A stretch of 64,000 nt of DNA from a virus. Made by a program: the position numbers and the translations under genes. The notes under the pieces were generated by a model. It did not search any database. It was not told the DNA's origin and saw only the letters and a program-made list of their open reading frames with translations. Below are positions 1 to 15,000 of this stretch, in pieces. The stretch spans positions 49,401 through 113,400 of IMG/VR virus record IMGVR_UViG_3300049846_000430; one strand, 5' to 3'. Numbering within the stretch: the first letter of the stretch is position 1; every line of letters starts with the position of its first letter.

Positions 1-3000
1 AACTTTGATAGATACTATGCTCACCCAAAGTTTGAAGAACTTGGTTGGCAACCATATGCCAATAATGAGGAATACTATAATGCCAACTCATCTACATGGG
101 ATGATTCTGTTAGAATGTGGGGTCAGTTTAGTGGATTATTTGGTACTGGTTTTGTAAGTGGTTACCGTTCTATTGCTGATCTTTTTGATGGTGATGACTA
201 TTTATCAACTGCTGACTTAGATAGTGCTACAGAATTCTCAGATGCAATGAGAATAGGTATGTCATCAAGAGAAGGTTTTATGGCAGGAATTAATAATTTT
301 GCACTTAACTCTGCTTATACCTTCGGTATTATTGGCAGCATAGCAGCAGAAGAACTTGCTTTAGCTCTTATGGCTTCAACAGGTGTTGGTGCAATTCCGG
401 CAGCTGCAAGAACAGGTGCAAATGTGACAAGAGCTGGAAGAGCTATAGTAAATTTCTTTGATGTAGGTAAAGCATTAAATGCCACAAGACAAATGCTTAA
501 AGGTCTTAATCAAGCTGATAGAGCAAGAGACTTTTATAACACAATGAGATCTGGTGGTAAGTTTGTTGGTGATTTCTTTTTACCTGAAACTATGGCCGCA
601 ATCAGATCTATGAACACAACACAAAATGGTGTTCAAAATCTTTCAAATTTATCTAAAGCTGCAAGAGGATTTGGTGGTTTCTATAGAGATTTAAGAGGTA
701 TTAATCTTGCCATGTCTGAATCTAAGCTTGAGGCAGGTATGGTGTATAATGATAAGTTTGCTGATATATCCGCAAATCTTAATGAAAAGAATGGTGGTAC
801 AGGATTAACTCCCACTGATGTTGCTAAAGCACATGATGTTGCAGCTAAATCATCATTTGCCACTCTATGGTGGAATGCTCCATTAATTTACCTGAGTAAT
901 AAGATTGTTCTTGGTACTGCACTTGGCGGTATGAATAAAACTCTGGGAAGAGTATTTGATGAAAAACTTACAGGCTTTGGTAAAAGACTAATTAGAACTA
1001 AACCATTAACTGATGCTAGTGGTAAGATATCAAGAGATGTTTTTGAAGATGCTGGTGAAGGAATGTTTGGTGGTCTTTTACCATCAATGAAAAGAATTAA
1101 AGGATACACTGTTGGTGGATCTCTTAAAGCAGCAGGACATGGTGCCGCAAGATACTTTGCTGCAAACTTAACTGAAGGTGCTCAAGAACTTGCACAAGAA
1201 GCTATTGCTGTTGGTACTAAAGATTACTATACTCAATTGTTTGAAGATCCTGCAGCTGCCGGTTATGATGTATTTAAAACAGCATTGAGTTCTGCAATAA
1301 GTAGTCAAATGAATGCTCAAGGTTTTGAAACATTCATGTCTGGATTTATGATGGGTGGTGTAGTACAAGGTCCTCAGAAACTATTGTTTCAGGGACTGCC
1401 TAATGCTATGCAGTATACCTTTAATAGAGAGGCATATGATAAATACAAAACTGCTAAGAATGATTACATTCAGAACCTTGTAAAGACTCATAATGAAGCA
1501 TGGAATACTATGGCTGATGATCCAACAGCAATGTTTGATCCTACTAAACTAAACTTCCTGGTTCAGAAACAAGTGGCTTCAGAGATGAAGCAGTCTGCAT
1601 ATGTAGATGATGTTTTTGGTTTTATTGATGCAAAAGACTTTGGTAAGTTTAATCAGATGTATACCATTTTTAGCAATGGTACAGCAAATCAATTTAAAGA
1701 TCAACTTCAAGGATTTCAATCATTAACTGATGAAGAACTTAACCAAGCATTTCCTGGATTTAAAGCTGACATCAAGAGTGGAAAGTTTAGAGAAAGAATA
1801 GACACTACTCTTAATCAAATTGATGAAACTGAAAAAGCTTATAATGATGCTCAAAATAAATTTCAAAATCCTTTTGATAGTAGAAAATTCAAAAAGGGTA
1901 CAAAAGAGTTTATAGATGAAGCATTGAAAGAAAGAGCTTTTGAACATGCCAAGTATCTTTACATGTTTACACAGGATGGCTTTAAAAGAGCTGTTGAAAG
2001 AGCAGAAAGTATTTACAGTGAAATGGCATCTGAACCGGTAATTTCAAAGATTGCCGCTAATGATCTATCTGTTCTTATGGATATAGATAGTATTAATAAT
2101 GAGTTAGCTGTACTTTTAAAAGAAGCATCAATTGAAGCAACAACTCCAGAAGAAGAAAAAATTGCTGCTGATAAGACTGAAAGGATGATGCATTTAACTG
2201 AAATCAAAAAAGTTCTTACAGATCCCGGCAACCTAAACTCTAATGGTATTCTTGATAGAAGAAAGATTAATAAGCTTTACAAACCATTTCAGAATTATGT
2301 AAACTTCTTGGCTAAGAGTAAGAATGACTTTGTGAATAAGGATGCTGTTGTAAATGCCCTTAAGAAAATCTCTGATTATAACGCACTTAAAGAGAGAGCT
2401 AAAGTTTATGATAAAGCTATTGAGTATCTGAATAATCCAGAAAGACTTACTGAAATGGTTAATAGAACCAGAGCCATTTTTGAAGACTTATTCCGGAACA
2501 ATAAAACAATGTTTGAAAAGAACATTAAGAAGCATGTTAAAAATCTTGAAGCAAATGAATTCTTAAACAAGCTTGTTAAGATTGGTGTATATCCAAATGC
2601 TGATCAAGTTGTTGAGTTCTTAAAAACAGGTGATGTAAATGTGTTAAAAGAATTCTTTTCTGAAGACGGGGTTGTAGATGTCATGAATGATCCCAAAAGA
2701 TTTCTTCAAATTGCAGGTCTTGTCAGAAGTTATAATGAAATAACTGGTAAAGAAGAGGTAAAAGAAGAGACAGAAGAAGAACCTGAAGAAGAAGCAGCTG
2801 AACCAGGAGCTAAACAAAAAAGCTTTGAAGATACATTAGATGATCTAGATATAGATACTAGCAGCATGCCTGGTGTTAAACCAAAACCAGCAAAAGAAAC
2901 AGTAGTTGAAACCAATGATCCAAGTCAATCTCCTTATGGTAAAAAGATTCTTGAGGAGGTATACAATAAATATAGAGCTGAGCAGCTTGCTATTGGTAAT

Positions 3001-6000
3001 ACATACTTGCCATATAATGAATGGGCCAAGACTGAAAAAACTCAAACTGTAATTGCAGCACTTCAAGCACTTAAGGTAGCATGGGCAAAGACTGTTACTA
3101 AAGAATCTCTAGCTAAACGTGGTACTGATGTTTCAACTCCTCAACTTGCAGAAGCTGCAATTAAGTTTGTAATAAAGCAGGATGTTGGATTTTCTCAATG
3201 GCTGCAGTCAAAGAAAGATGAACCATCAGTTAGAAAAGTTCTTGATGAAGCAGGTCTAACATTTGATGCGTTGGCACCAGTTGCACCGGGTAAAAATGAA
3301 GGTAAAGATTCTGTTGTTAAAGATAAGAAGAATACCAAGTGGCACAAGAAAGGTCCGGGTGTAAATATTCTTAAAATTACTAGTAGTGATAATGAGGGTA
3401 ATAAAACTACTTATTATCAGTTGGTAGATAATAATGGTGATGGTCTTTCAGAAGCAATACTAAAAGCTGCCGGTGTATCAATAAACGGTACTTATAGTAA
3501 AGCTAAAGCTGCAGAAGAAGCTCAGAAAAAGATTCTTGATGCTATGCCTGATACTACACCATTTCAATTTGATGGTGTAATGGTAAGATTTGGTGCCACT
3601 GTTACAGATAATAAAGGTAAAGAGTTTATTGTTCTTGGCACACCATCTAAAGTTGCAAAAGGTGGCAAGTTGTTTCTTTTACCAAAAGAGAAACAAACTT
3701 TAAAAGGAGTTAAAGAAAGAGAAAAAGCCTCAATAAAAGTTTCAGAAGGTGAGTTTAATGGATTCTATACTGTAGAAGATCTTAAGTTTAGTGAGCCAGT
3801 TGACAAAAATGTAAGTAAGCTCACTGTTGTTGATCTTCTTAAAAGCTATCCCCGTAACAATAGAGGTGAAGAAAGGGCTGAAGCTCAAAAAAGATTTGAT
3901 ATCATTATGAATGCTGTTACAGCAGAAGAATTTGAAAATGATATTGAATTTGTTGTTAGAAGAAATGAGGGTGCTGGTTCAGAAACAGGTCCATATAGAG
4001 CTGGTAGTAAAGAGCCTAACCCACAAATAATAAAGACAACTGAGACATACAACATTGGAATAAGAATTGGTAATCCAGCATTACAACAAAGACTGGATGC
4101 AATGCTTGAAGAAAAAGGATTTGTTCCTAGTGATTCTGCTGATGGTATCATTGGTTTCATGCCTAATAACTCATATAAACTTCTTGATAAAAATGGCAAG
4201 CAAATCAGTATTTTATCTCTTGATCCAGAAAACTTTGATCAATACTTTGGTGGAAGAGGTACTCTTCAAGACATAAAGACTGCCTATGCTACACAGCAAC
4301 TTCTTGTGAATGCTATCTCAGAACTAATAGGTGAGGCTAGTTTTGCAGTTGTAAAACCTTCTGAGTTAAAAGACAAGGTAACTTTTAGTTTCCAAAGTTT
4401 ATACAAGCAAGATGCATTACCAATATCACTAGATCAGCTTAATGATTATTACGGTACTGAAGATGGCAAAGGTTACACTGTTGATGGTAAGAATGTAATC
4501 ATATATGATAACAAAAGAGTTAGAACAGAAAAAGGATATAGTTATAGCACAACAGTTGTAAGTAATTTAAAACCTGGTAAAAGACTCAGTGATCTATCTG
4601 ACAAGATTGAAGATGAACTAAAAGCTTCAGGTAAATGGGAAAAAGCAACTGACCCAGTGGCAGGTCTTGGCCGTTATGTTATTGTAATAAGACAACCCAA
4701 TGGTGAACTTACTCTTGCTCAGCTTAAACAAAACAAGATAGATAAAGAAGAAGTATATGGATTTATTAAAGAACTTGTGCAAAGAGCTCAGGATACAGTT
4801 GACAATAACATTGAAAATATTGATGATCTTCCAAGAAATGCTTTAGGGGTTATAACAAATACCAAAGATGCTAGAGCTAAGAATCTGGATTATAATTATA
4901 AATGGAATGAAGAATTTAACAACAAGTTTTATCTGGCTGAGATGCCCGGTATAGATGTTGAAATGAAAGTAACAGCTTGGGGAAGAATTGAAATTTCATT
5001 TTATGACAAAAAAAATAAAGAATCATTAACTGCCGCTCCTCTGAAAATATTCCCAGAGCTATTTGCAAAAGCACTTGCAGATCCTCAAGAACTTTTAGAT
5101 AAGATTCAGAGTCTTTTAGATTCGGATCCAACCCTTAAGAAACAAAAAATTTCTGTTCAACCTCAAAACTTTAGAGCATCATTTCCTGAAAGCAGAGATG
5201 CTCAAGTAATTATTGATAATACAAAAACTCAACTTGATCCTAGAGTAAGATTTGATTATAAGATTATTGTTACAGGTGATTCAAGTCAAGTTCAAGCATT
5301 GGCTAACATCTCTACTCCAATTACTCCAGAAGATATTACTGCTGCTCAAGGACCAGTTTCTGAAGATACATTAGAACATATTGCTAAAAAGCTTAATACT
5401 CCTGGTTCTACACTTTCTAAGTATGAACAAGAGATCTATAACATCAATCAATCTAGAATTGAAAAGATAAGAAAAGATCTTGCCGGTAAATCAAGTCTTG
5501 ATACAAGTGAGGATACATATGATGGTATTAATCAGATGTCTGATGATGAATTCAACAGCTATGCTGATGATGAGTTTATGATGCTTCCTCTTGACATTAA
5601 GAATCAAATTGCTGCTAAAATTCTAAAGACTGGTGTAGCAAGTCTCTCAGCTAGAGAGAGGCAAGTAATGAACAGTGATGCCGGCTCCATGATCAATGGA
5701 TTAGTATCTAAACTTGTAAGTGAAGCTGTAAACACACCTTCAGAAGTTGCACCTGTAACTGAAGAAACTTTTACTCAAGGTAATGAAATAGAACAGATCA
5801 AAGCTGAAATTGCATCATTGAAGTTACAAATTGATGCAAGAGAAGAGTTACTTATGAAAGAGTCTTCTAATCCTAAAGAAAGCTTTACTAAAATAAATAA
5901 TGATTCAGAACTTAAAGCTTTAAAGAAACGAAGAAATGATCTAAACAATAAACTTATAGCAAATAAAATCCTTCCAGCAGCACCTCTTACCCCGTATGAT

Positions 6001-9000
6001 GGTGAGACAATTCAGCAGTTTGTAGATTGGGCAACAAATAATCTTCCTGACTTTATTAGCATTGCTGATATAAACACACTTAGAGGTAACCTCATGGGTA
6101 AAGGTGTTAGAGTTGGTGCTTTTGTTTTGAGTCTTGCTGATATTGCTGGTGGTATAAATGTACAGGGTACTCTCTATACCGGGGCATCATCACCTTTTAG
6201 ATACCACGAAGCATTCCATGCTGTGTTTAGAATGCTGCTTACTGATGAGCAGATAAAAAAATACTTGGCTCTTGGTAAGAAAGAACTGCTTGCTAAATAC
6301 AAAGCTGAGGGTAAGAGCTACCAGGCTGAGATGGAGAAGTTTAGAAACACTGCTCCCATGTATAGAGAGATGACTCCTGAAAGACTTGAGCAAGAATTCA
6401 TTGAAGAATACTTGGCTGATAAGTTTGAAGAGTTCAAAAAGTCTCCCGCAAAAACTCAAACAGCTCCGGAAATAAAATCTCTTTTCCAAAGAATCATTGA
6501 GTGGATTAAATCAATCTTTAAAAGATTTACAAAGAATGAACTGAATAGCCTGTATGAAAACATTGATTCTGGTAAGTACAGAACTACTGCTGTCCAGGAT
6601 AATATGTTTACCAACTCTCTAGTTAAAGGAATAACAGTAGAAGCAAACAAACTTATTCCAATTGAAACATATGAAGATGAAAGAGGTAATATAGGTTATA
6701 AGTATATGGATCCAGCTGCAGCAGATGGTTTAATTGCAAACATTGCTGCAATGTATATTTCAAGAGAAGACAAAGCTATTGCTGCAAGTAAGAATGGTCT
6801 TATAAACCGTGGTGAGATTCTTGATGAAACAATAATTGACTTCATGGTAATGTATAACCCAGAAGCCGAACATAATTCAACACTTGATAGAAGTTTATGG
6901 GCACCTTTATTTGAAAAATTCAATGCATTAAAGGATTATACTGAGTTTGTAAAACAAGGTGTTATTGAAAGACTTGCATTACTTGATGTATCAGCAGAAG
7001 AAGGAGCATATGATTTTGAACAGTTTGAACAAGAGGCTGGTCTGAGAAATGTATCTGACTATAAAAGAGGTGTTGAACAAATAGGTGGTTTTGAATCTAT
7101 CTCAAAAGAATTAAGAAGATACATAGGTTCTACAACCATCACCAATGCTGATGAGTTTGGTAATACAGAACTTACTCCTGGTGAATCATTAATTGTTCCT
7201 GTTGATTTTAATGAAGCTTATAATGGTATTCTCAAAGCTGTAAAGAACACAACAAATCCGTTAGATTTCTTTACCAAAATGTATTTCTTTGGGCAAACTA
7301 ATAGGCAAACTGAAGCAGTTGTTAGAAGATTGTTTCAAGATATTGGGGTTACTGATGAACAAATTCTTAATGATGATCTTCCAGCAAGTGTAAAAAATCC
7401 TTTGTTATTTCAGAGAGTTCTTAAAGGTTTTGAAAGCTTTAGACTTGACTATATTTTTATACACACCAATCCTAAAGATGGTAAGACCTATATATATAGT
7501 GCAGCAAACAGAGATGATACAAGTGCTCAGATAGATAGATGGTCTGCTGCTTATGATATTAAATTCCAAAACATGGTAAATAATATCAAGACATGGAGAG
7601 AAACAAAAAGAATACTTGCTAGAGTTGAAAAATATTTTAACCCTGCTGAAGCTTTTGAAACCTTGTCTGATAGGAGACTACAGATCATATCTAGATACTT
7701 ATCAAGAAATCTTTATGAACTCACTGGTATTAAACTAAGTGCTGGTTATATTGAATTTAGTATTGCTTCCGGAATTATAAACAAAACCAGATATCAGAAT
7801 GCTCTGTTAAGAGCAAATCAAAAATCTGAAGCATTAAATTATGATGATATCAAACAGTTTGCAATTCAGATAGAAGCTGCTTACAATGATGCAATCAAAA
7901 ACAGAGGTTACACCTCAATATTCTCTGATACTGCGGGTGTAGGTATGCCGGCCAGATTAAGAAGAATGGCTTTTGGTAATGCACCTTTTGATGAGACAAT
8001 AGGTAATAGTGTATTCAAAAACCCTAATGGTGATCTTGTATATGCTCACCAGGCTGCTACATATCATCTTAAAGCAATTACAGATCTTAATGACGTTGAG
8101 ACTCTTGAAAGACTTCAAGAATCAGATCCTTTCTTATTCAATAACATTCTTCTTAATAGTCCAGCATTTAAAGCTCTTGCTGCAGAAGATAGGCTTAGAG
8201 TGCTAAGGGTAGCAGGTTCTAAGAAGAGTGCTCTTGATAAAACAGATGAAGGTAATTATGCTGAAACAGGAGGTATAAACGTAAATGATGAAGCTACAAC
8301 TTATGGTGATTCTTCACCAAGACAGTTTATACTTAATTTGATAAACTCCTACACCTACAACTACAATCATACAACCGGTAAGAATGATACTATAATTGCT
8401 ATTGATCCTATCACTGGGGAAGAAAAAGAAACTGCTATTGCTCCATCTTTGATCCGTGTAATTGAAGCATCAAATACGGGTGATATGACAGGGTTACCTG
8501 TTATTCAAACTATTACAACAGATGATAACGGGGAAACTGTTCTTAAAGATGAGACTATTGACATGTTCTATGATGAAGTGAAAAGAGAATATGAAAGAAT
8601 AAGAAGAGAAGGTAAAGAAGAAACTAGAACAAAAGATCTTCTTGAAGGATACAATGCTAAAGATGGAGTGAGGGTTGATAAGAATGCTGATTCTAAAGAT
8701 GATCAATCTAGAGCATATAAGTTTACTAAGACTGGTACACTTCTAAAAGAATTTGAAGGAACTGCGGGTGATAAATCTAAGATCAAAGATCCAACAATGC
8801 CTGAAGAAACTGCTCAAAGATTAGTAGAGGGTACTCAAAGTATTATTGTAAGAAGAGCAAAAGCTGCTAGTACCATTGGTCTTACAAGAAAAGGAGCTTC
8901 AGGTTCAGCTACTGTTACAACTAAAGATAAAAAAGGCAATGATGTAAATACCGGGTTTACTATTATAAACCGTGGCCAGGTGATAGTTACTGAAAAGAAC

Positions 9001-12000
9001 TTCAAAAAAATCTTAGATTCTCTTGGAGATGCTGTTTCTGTAGATAAAACAGATACCCATAAGTATAAGTTTGAATATAAAAATAAAGTTGGTTATGTAG
9101 AAACTCCTGACTTAGCAAGCTTCTTGAATGGGTATGAGCCATTCTATGTATATGACATGTACAAGGAAGGAACTGAAATACCCAAGAATGTTCTTAAGGA
9201 TATTGAAAAATCTGACTCACAACCAATTGATTATAAATCAAGACTTGAAGCATATGCTAGAAATTCTGATGTAGAAGATTTGTCTTTTGAAGAGGCTATA
9301 GTTAAAATGAATACTACTGTAGCTGATTTCAAACAATTCTTAAATACTAGATTGATGGATGAATTCAAAGAATTCAGTAAGACACTTGATGAAATTAAAG
9401 CAAAAAAAGGATTAAGTAAGTTTGTAACATTTGGTTTAACCAATGAAGATGGCAGAACAAATTCTGAAACTGCAAGGGCCGCTGCTCAGTTGAATCTTAC
9501 AACTGATGTTGAATACAATCTTATGCAGATATTCTTCAATGATTGGTTGAATACTAAAGCTTTAAATCAAATTCTTCTTGGTGATTCAGCAATGAGTTTG
9601 AAAGATGCTGTTGATGAGATTAAAAGAGCTAAGATGCAGAATGCCGCTGGTAAAAGTGCAGCTGCAACTATCATAGCTCCGGAGTATGGTATCAATCACA
9701 TCTTCCAACAGATGAGTTTGTTTACATTTACTGACACTGAGTTTGAAAAAATCTACAGTGGTGCCAATGCAAAAGGTGAAAGAGGTGATGCTCAGATGTA
9801 TCTTACACCTAAAGGACTTAGATATATTCTCTTTGGTCTTGGCAACTTAAATGAAGCTCAAGTAAAACTTCTTGATAAAATTGAAAGAGGTGATAAGATA
9901 ACAGCTGATGAATTCTTTGGTACAGTTGGAGAAGATGGTTTTAAAGATCAAGGTGCTGTATTTAACTCACTCAAGCTTGTATATGGTGATGGTAAAACAT
10001 ATCTGAAGATGTCTGCGGTAATTCTTACCAAAGAACTTACATCCAGAAAAGTGAATGGTCAGTGGGTAGCAAAAGAAACCAGAAAAGAACTTCATAATAT
10101 GCGTGTGAAGTTAGAGCAGTTTGAAGAAGAAAATCAGACTGTAACAATTGCTGGTGGAAGATCTGCTGTAAAAATGTTAAAGCAGAATGTACTTAGAGAT
10201 ACGGATATGTTCTCTGAAGGATTGCTATCTAAAGACAATGCAACTATTCTAGATACAAACTTTATGAGATTACAGCTGGTCAATCCTTCCAACAAAATTG
10301 TAATTACAGATCCAACTCAGATGAAAACTTTGATTACATCTGAACAAAGTGATAATGTTGAAGTACTTCTTCCTGGATCTGATAAAGTAACCACACTTGG
10401 TGCTATTCGTGAGAAATATAATGAAGCTATATCAAATAGATCTAAACTCAAGTTCATTAACAGAAGAAACTTGATATTTAACTTTGATATTGATGTTGCA
10501 ATGGATGAATTGCATAAGAGTGTTAAATCTGGTCAGATTACTGCTAACTTGTTCAGCTTTCTACAATATGCAACAGAGAGTTTAAAAGCATCACAGTCTT
10601 CATCTAACATTCTTGAATTCTTTAATCCAGAGAACCAAGACAGATATAATCTCAATAATCCTCTTACCATTACAAAGTTTGAACAGTTGTTTCTCAGATA
10701 CTTTAATAATGGTGTATTTAGTGAAAAGATTCCTGGTCATTCAGTTGCTTTGATGTCTGATGTTGGAGTTAAGATTTATAGAAGAGTCTTCTCTGTAGAA
10801 ACACTTGAGGATGGTACCATTGTTCCAGATAGGTTTGAAGTAATTAGGGAAAAGGTTTGGGAAGCCATGCCGGATAAACCTCCAGTTGTTTTTGATGTAA
10901 CTGATAATCCAACTCTGCAGGGTCTTGAAGAAGCTATTAAAGCTAGTGGTAAAAAAGGTGTTGTTATCATTGATAATCTAAGACATAATCTCAAAGAGTA
11001 CAATGAGAAAGGTAAATATACAAAAACAAGATATTCTGAAGCATTAATACCAGCTCACTTCAAAGATGTAATGACACATGTTGAGGATTCTGTTGATGAT
11101 CCTAAGAGTGCTGAAGAAATTACACAAGAATGGAAAGCATGGATTAATGAAGAAAGATGGTCACCAAAAGCAAAAGCTTACATTATCAGACAAAACATTG
11201 AAGACTTTGACCGTAATAGATCAAAGAAAGAATTTGCTAAAGCATTTGGTTATACTTATGAAGAGAATGAAAAAGGTAATGTTAAGTTTACTGCTAGAGA
11301 AAAGAGTAAGTATATGAATGAGATTCCGGATGCTGTAGCTAAAATGTTTGGTATCCGTATTCCTTCACAGGATAAACACTCTGCTGTAAATATTAAAGTA
11401 GTTGACTTCTTACCAGTATTCTATGGATCAACCGGTATATTCCCTCCACAACTCATTGAGATATCTGGAGCTGACTTTGACATTGATAAACTCTATATAC
11501 ACATCAAACAGTGGTTTATGGAGAATGGAGATTTTGTTGAGTACGGTACTGCAAAAAATGACAAAGATGGATATCAGCAATACATTAACTATGTAAACCA
11601 GGAAGTTTATAAAGGTGGTTCCGCATTTGCCGAGGCATTTGAGAAGTATATGAGTGATCAAGGTGTAACTGAAAGAAATCAATTAAGTATTGAGGATATC
11701 CTTGATGCAAGAGATGCTGGCTTTAATGCTGATGCAGTAGATGCTCTTATGATGCTTGGTCTTCCTGTAACACTTAAACAGTACAAAGCTTATAAGAAAA
11801 AGAATCAATCAGAGCCATATGAAGCTCCTTATAACAACCAAGTTTTAGATTATAAGTTTGCTCTACTTGGTAATGAGCATGTAACAAATACTCCTGGACG
11901 TAATGTTCCAATATCATATGAACCTGCTGATCTAGAACCTTTAAAAGAGGTTTGGGATTTTATTAAGGATGAACTTCCTGAACTTGCTGAATTGGTAAAA

Positions 12001-15000
12001 GAAGAAGGGGTTGATATTGATAATCTCTTTGGTAAACTTAAAGCTTGGACCAATAACAAAGAAGGTGCAAACTCAATTGGTGCTGTGGTACTTCCAAACA
12101 TTTACTTGAGTTTGATGAAAGAGTATGATATTTCAATTAGACGTGAGAAAGTAGGTAAGCTTGGTGAGACAATTCCTCAGATTACTCTTAATGGTTACAC
12201 ATTCAGACACTTTGGTAAAGATCCAGAAGATCCTCAAATAACTGGTAACTATGAAATTGTTGATGGTAAAGAAAATAAAAATGGTGCAAGAAGACAGTAT
12301 GTAATATCTGCTTTGATTACAGCAATGACAGATAACGCCAAAGAAAGACTTGCTGCTAAACTTGGTCTGAACAAAGACGCACTTGCTGTTGTTGCAAACC
12401 TTACTGCTTTGGGTGTTCCAATTAAAACTTCCATTCTTTTGATTAACAATCCAATCATTAAGGAAGAATATTTTAATGCTGTAAACAAAGAAGATCCTTA
12501 TGATCCAGGTATTAAATCTCTTATCAGAAGAAGACTTAAAAACTTAGATGAGGTATTTGGCCCAGATATTCCTTTGGTTCCTGTTACAGATGATCTTTTA
12601 AAAGAATCTATTATTAATGCTAGAGTTTTTAATGACTTTAGTCAATCAAAATCATTTAATGTTAATATACTTAAAGAGCTGAAAAAGGAAAATCTTTACA
12701 CACTTACTGATGCATCAATTGATAAATCAATACTTACTCAGTTCTATAATGCTCATAAACTTAAAACCTTTACCGGCAACATTGGAAATATTGTAAACTT
12801 AGTTTCTGATATTGGATCTTCTTTTGAAGATATTATAGGCAGAGAAGAGTCAATTAGAAAACTTGGTCTTGAGTTAAATGATGAAGATTTTGAAAATCTT
12901 GTTGATGATGATGATGCACCTGTACCTATAGATGTAAGAAAGTTGTTTAAGGGAGATACTTGGCAGGCTACTTATTACAAAATGTATAAGGAACTGACAG
13001 AGCAATTGCTTCCTACAGTATTCTTAAGTCAGACCAAAGCCTTTAAAAATATTTATGAAAAACTTAAGGCTGCTTTCTTGGGCGGTGATGATAGTAATTT
13101 CTTCATGACTCCAGAAAGACTTAATAAAATGAGTAAGGACTTCTTGTCTTATCTGACTATTAAGTCATATATGCAGGAACTTGGCAGATCAAATGGTATC
13201 AGAAAACAATCATTGGCTTCTCTTACTAATGAGCTTATATACCCACAAGCAAACTCAGATATTAACATCAACAAGATCATAAGTAATCTTAAAGCTAAGT
13301 ATGAAGCTGAGGGTAGAACTAATTATTTCTTGCAGGCTTTTGCTTACAATGACCCGGCTAGTAGTCCTAAAAACAATACAGGTCTTGATACAGTTATTGC
13401 ATCTACGTTTGCTAAACTTAGTGAAGCTCAGAAAATTAAAGTGCAAGATGGGTTTATTGATCTGTATGGTCCGGCTGAAACAAGGCTGGATGCATTGCAC
13501 ATCCTTCACTACATAATGGTAAAAGATGGTCTTCAGTTTGCTTATGGTACACTCCTAGATGCTATTACACCTTTTATACTTGACAAATACTTAAGTACAA
13601 TTAACAATACGCATAAGGCTTTTGAAACTGGTGTTGACACCAAAGCTTTTGAAACTGTATTTGGCATGGACTATGAAGATTTGATAAATGATTTCATCAT
13701 GAACTATATGGAATCAAACAAAAACAATTACCTGCTGAAGACAATAAAAAGTGTAGTTAATAAAAAGAACATACCAGTTTATAATCCTATTGTTAGTGAT
13801 GCTCAAATAACAGGTACTCTTACTTTAGGAGAAGTTGTATCTAACCCACAAAACTTTTATGTCTTTGGAGAAAACCAAAATGAAGAAGGTTATGTTGATC
13901 AGTTAGCTGTTAGGGGTCAGAGTAATACTTTTGGTCTTATTTTTAAAAAGGGTTTTGCTAGAAATAAAGAAAACTATTTTAAAGATAAAGAACTGGATGA
14001 ATTTGTTAAAATTTTTAGTGCTGGTATAGCATTTCTTAAAACTGTTGAAAAACCAATTCTATTTCCGGCAAGAATTATTGGTGCAAATGACAGAGAGTAT
14101 ATGCAGAAAAATACTCCTGAAATTTACAAGCATATCAAAAATACACTGATAGACAACTTTGATTACGATATTGATGGAGTTGAAAAAGTTGCAGGCACTG
14201 TTAGCAAAGCTGAGGCAGCAAAATCTCCTATAAGAATTGACAAGAGTGGTGCCGCAGAGAAATTATATATAGATTTGTATAATGGTATCTACCAAATTAA
14301 TATAGATGCTGAAGGTACCAAAATTCAAAGAAATGCTGTAGCAGGTCCTAAACAAAAAGAAATGAGAGAGGCAAATCAAAAGTATATACAAGATGCTGGT
14401 TTCAAAACAAGAACATTCATTAAAAAGGAAGGGGATAAAAAAGAATTTACCACAGAAATAATTTTACCTCCATACTTTAGAATTGAACATAAGAATCAGC
14501 TTGATGAAAGAACTTATGATTTTTATAAATTGGTTAAAGTCTATACATCAACAGGAATTGATACACAAAACTTGATATCAAAAGATCCAAACCGATTGCA
14601 CATTTTTGGAAATGCAGCTATGTATGTCAAAGTAAAAATGAAAGGTTCTAATCAACAGAATCCAATAGGGTTTATGTTTGATACTGTAAACTTTAGCAGA
14701 CCTGATTACTTTGACGTAAGAGAAAATGTTAAGAAAAAGAATCAAGAAGAAGGTGATGAAGATATTACGATTCCAGGAGATGGAGAAATAGATGAGGGTA
14801 ATGTAGATTTTAGCAGCATGCCTGGAGCAAGAGTTGATGAGAATGGAATAACTGTAAATGGTAAATCTGTTACAGTTAATGAAATGATTGCAGCAACTGC
14901 CGCAGTAATTACTTCTACAGAAGATGTTACTGAATCTGATTCCAATGTAGAATCAGAAGTTGCGGGTCCACCTGTTAAAGCTGGAACTCTTACTAGTTTG

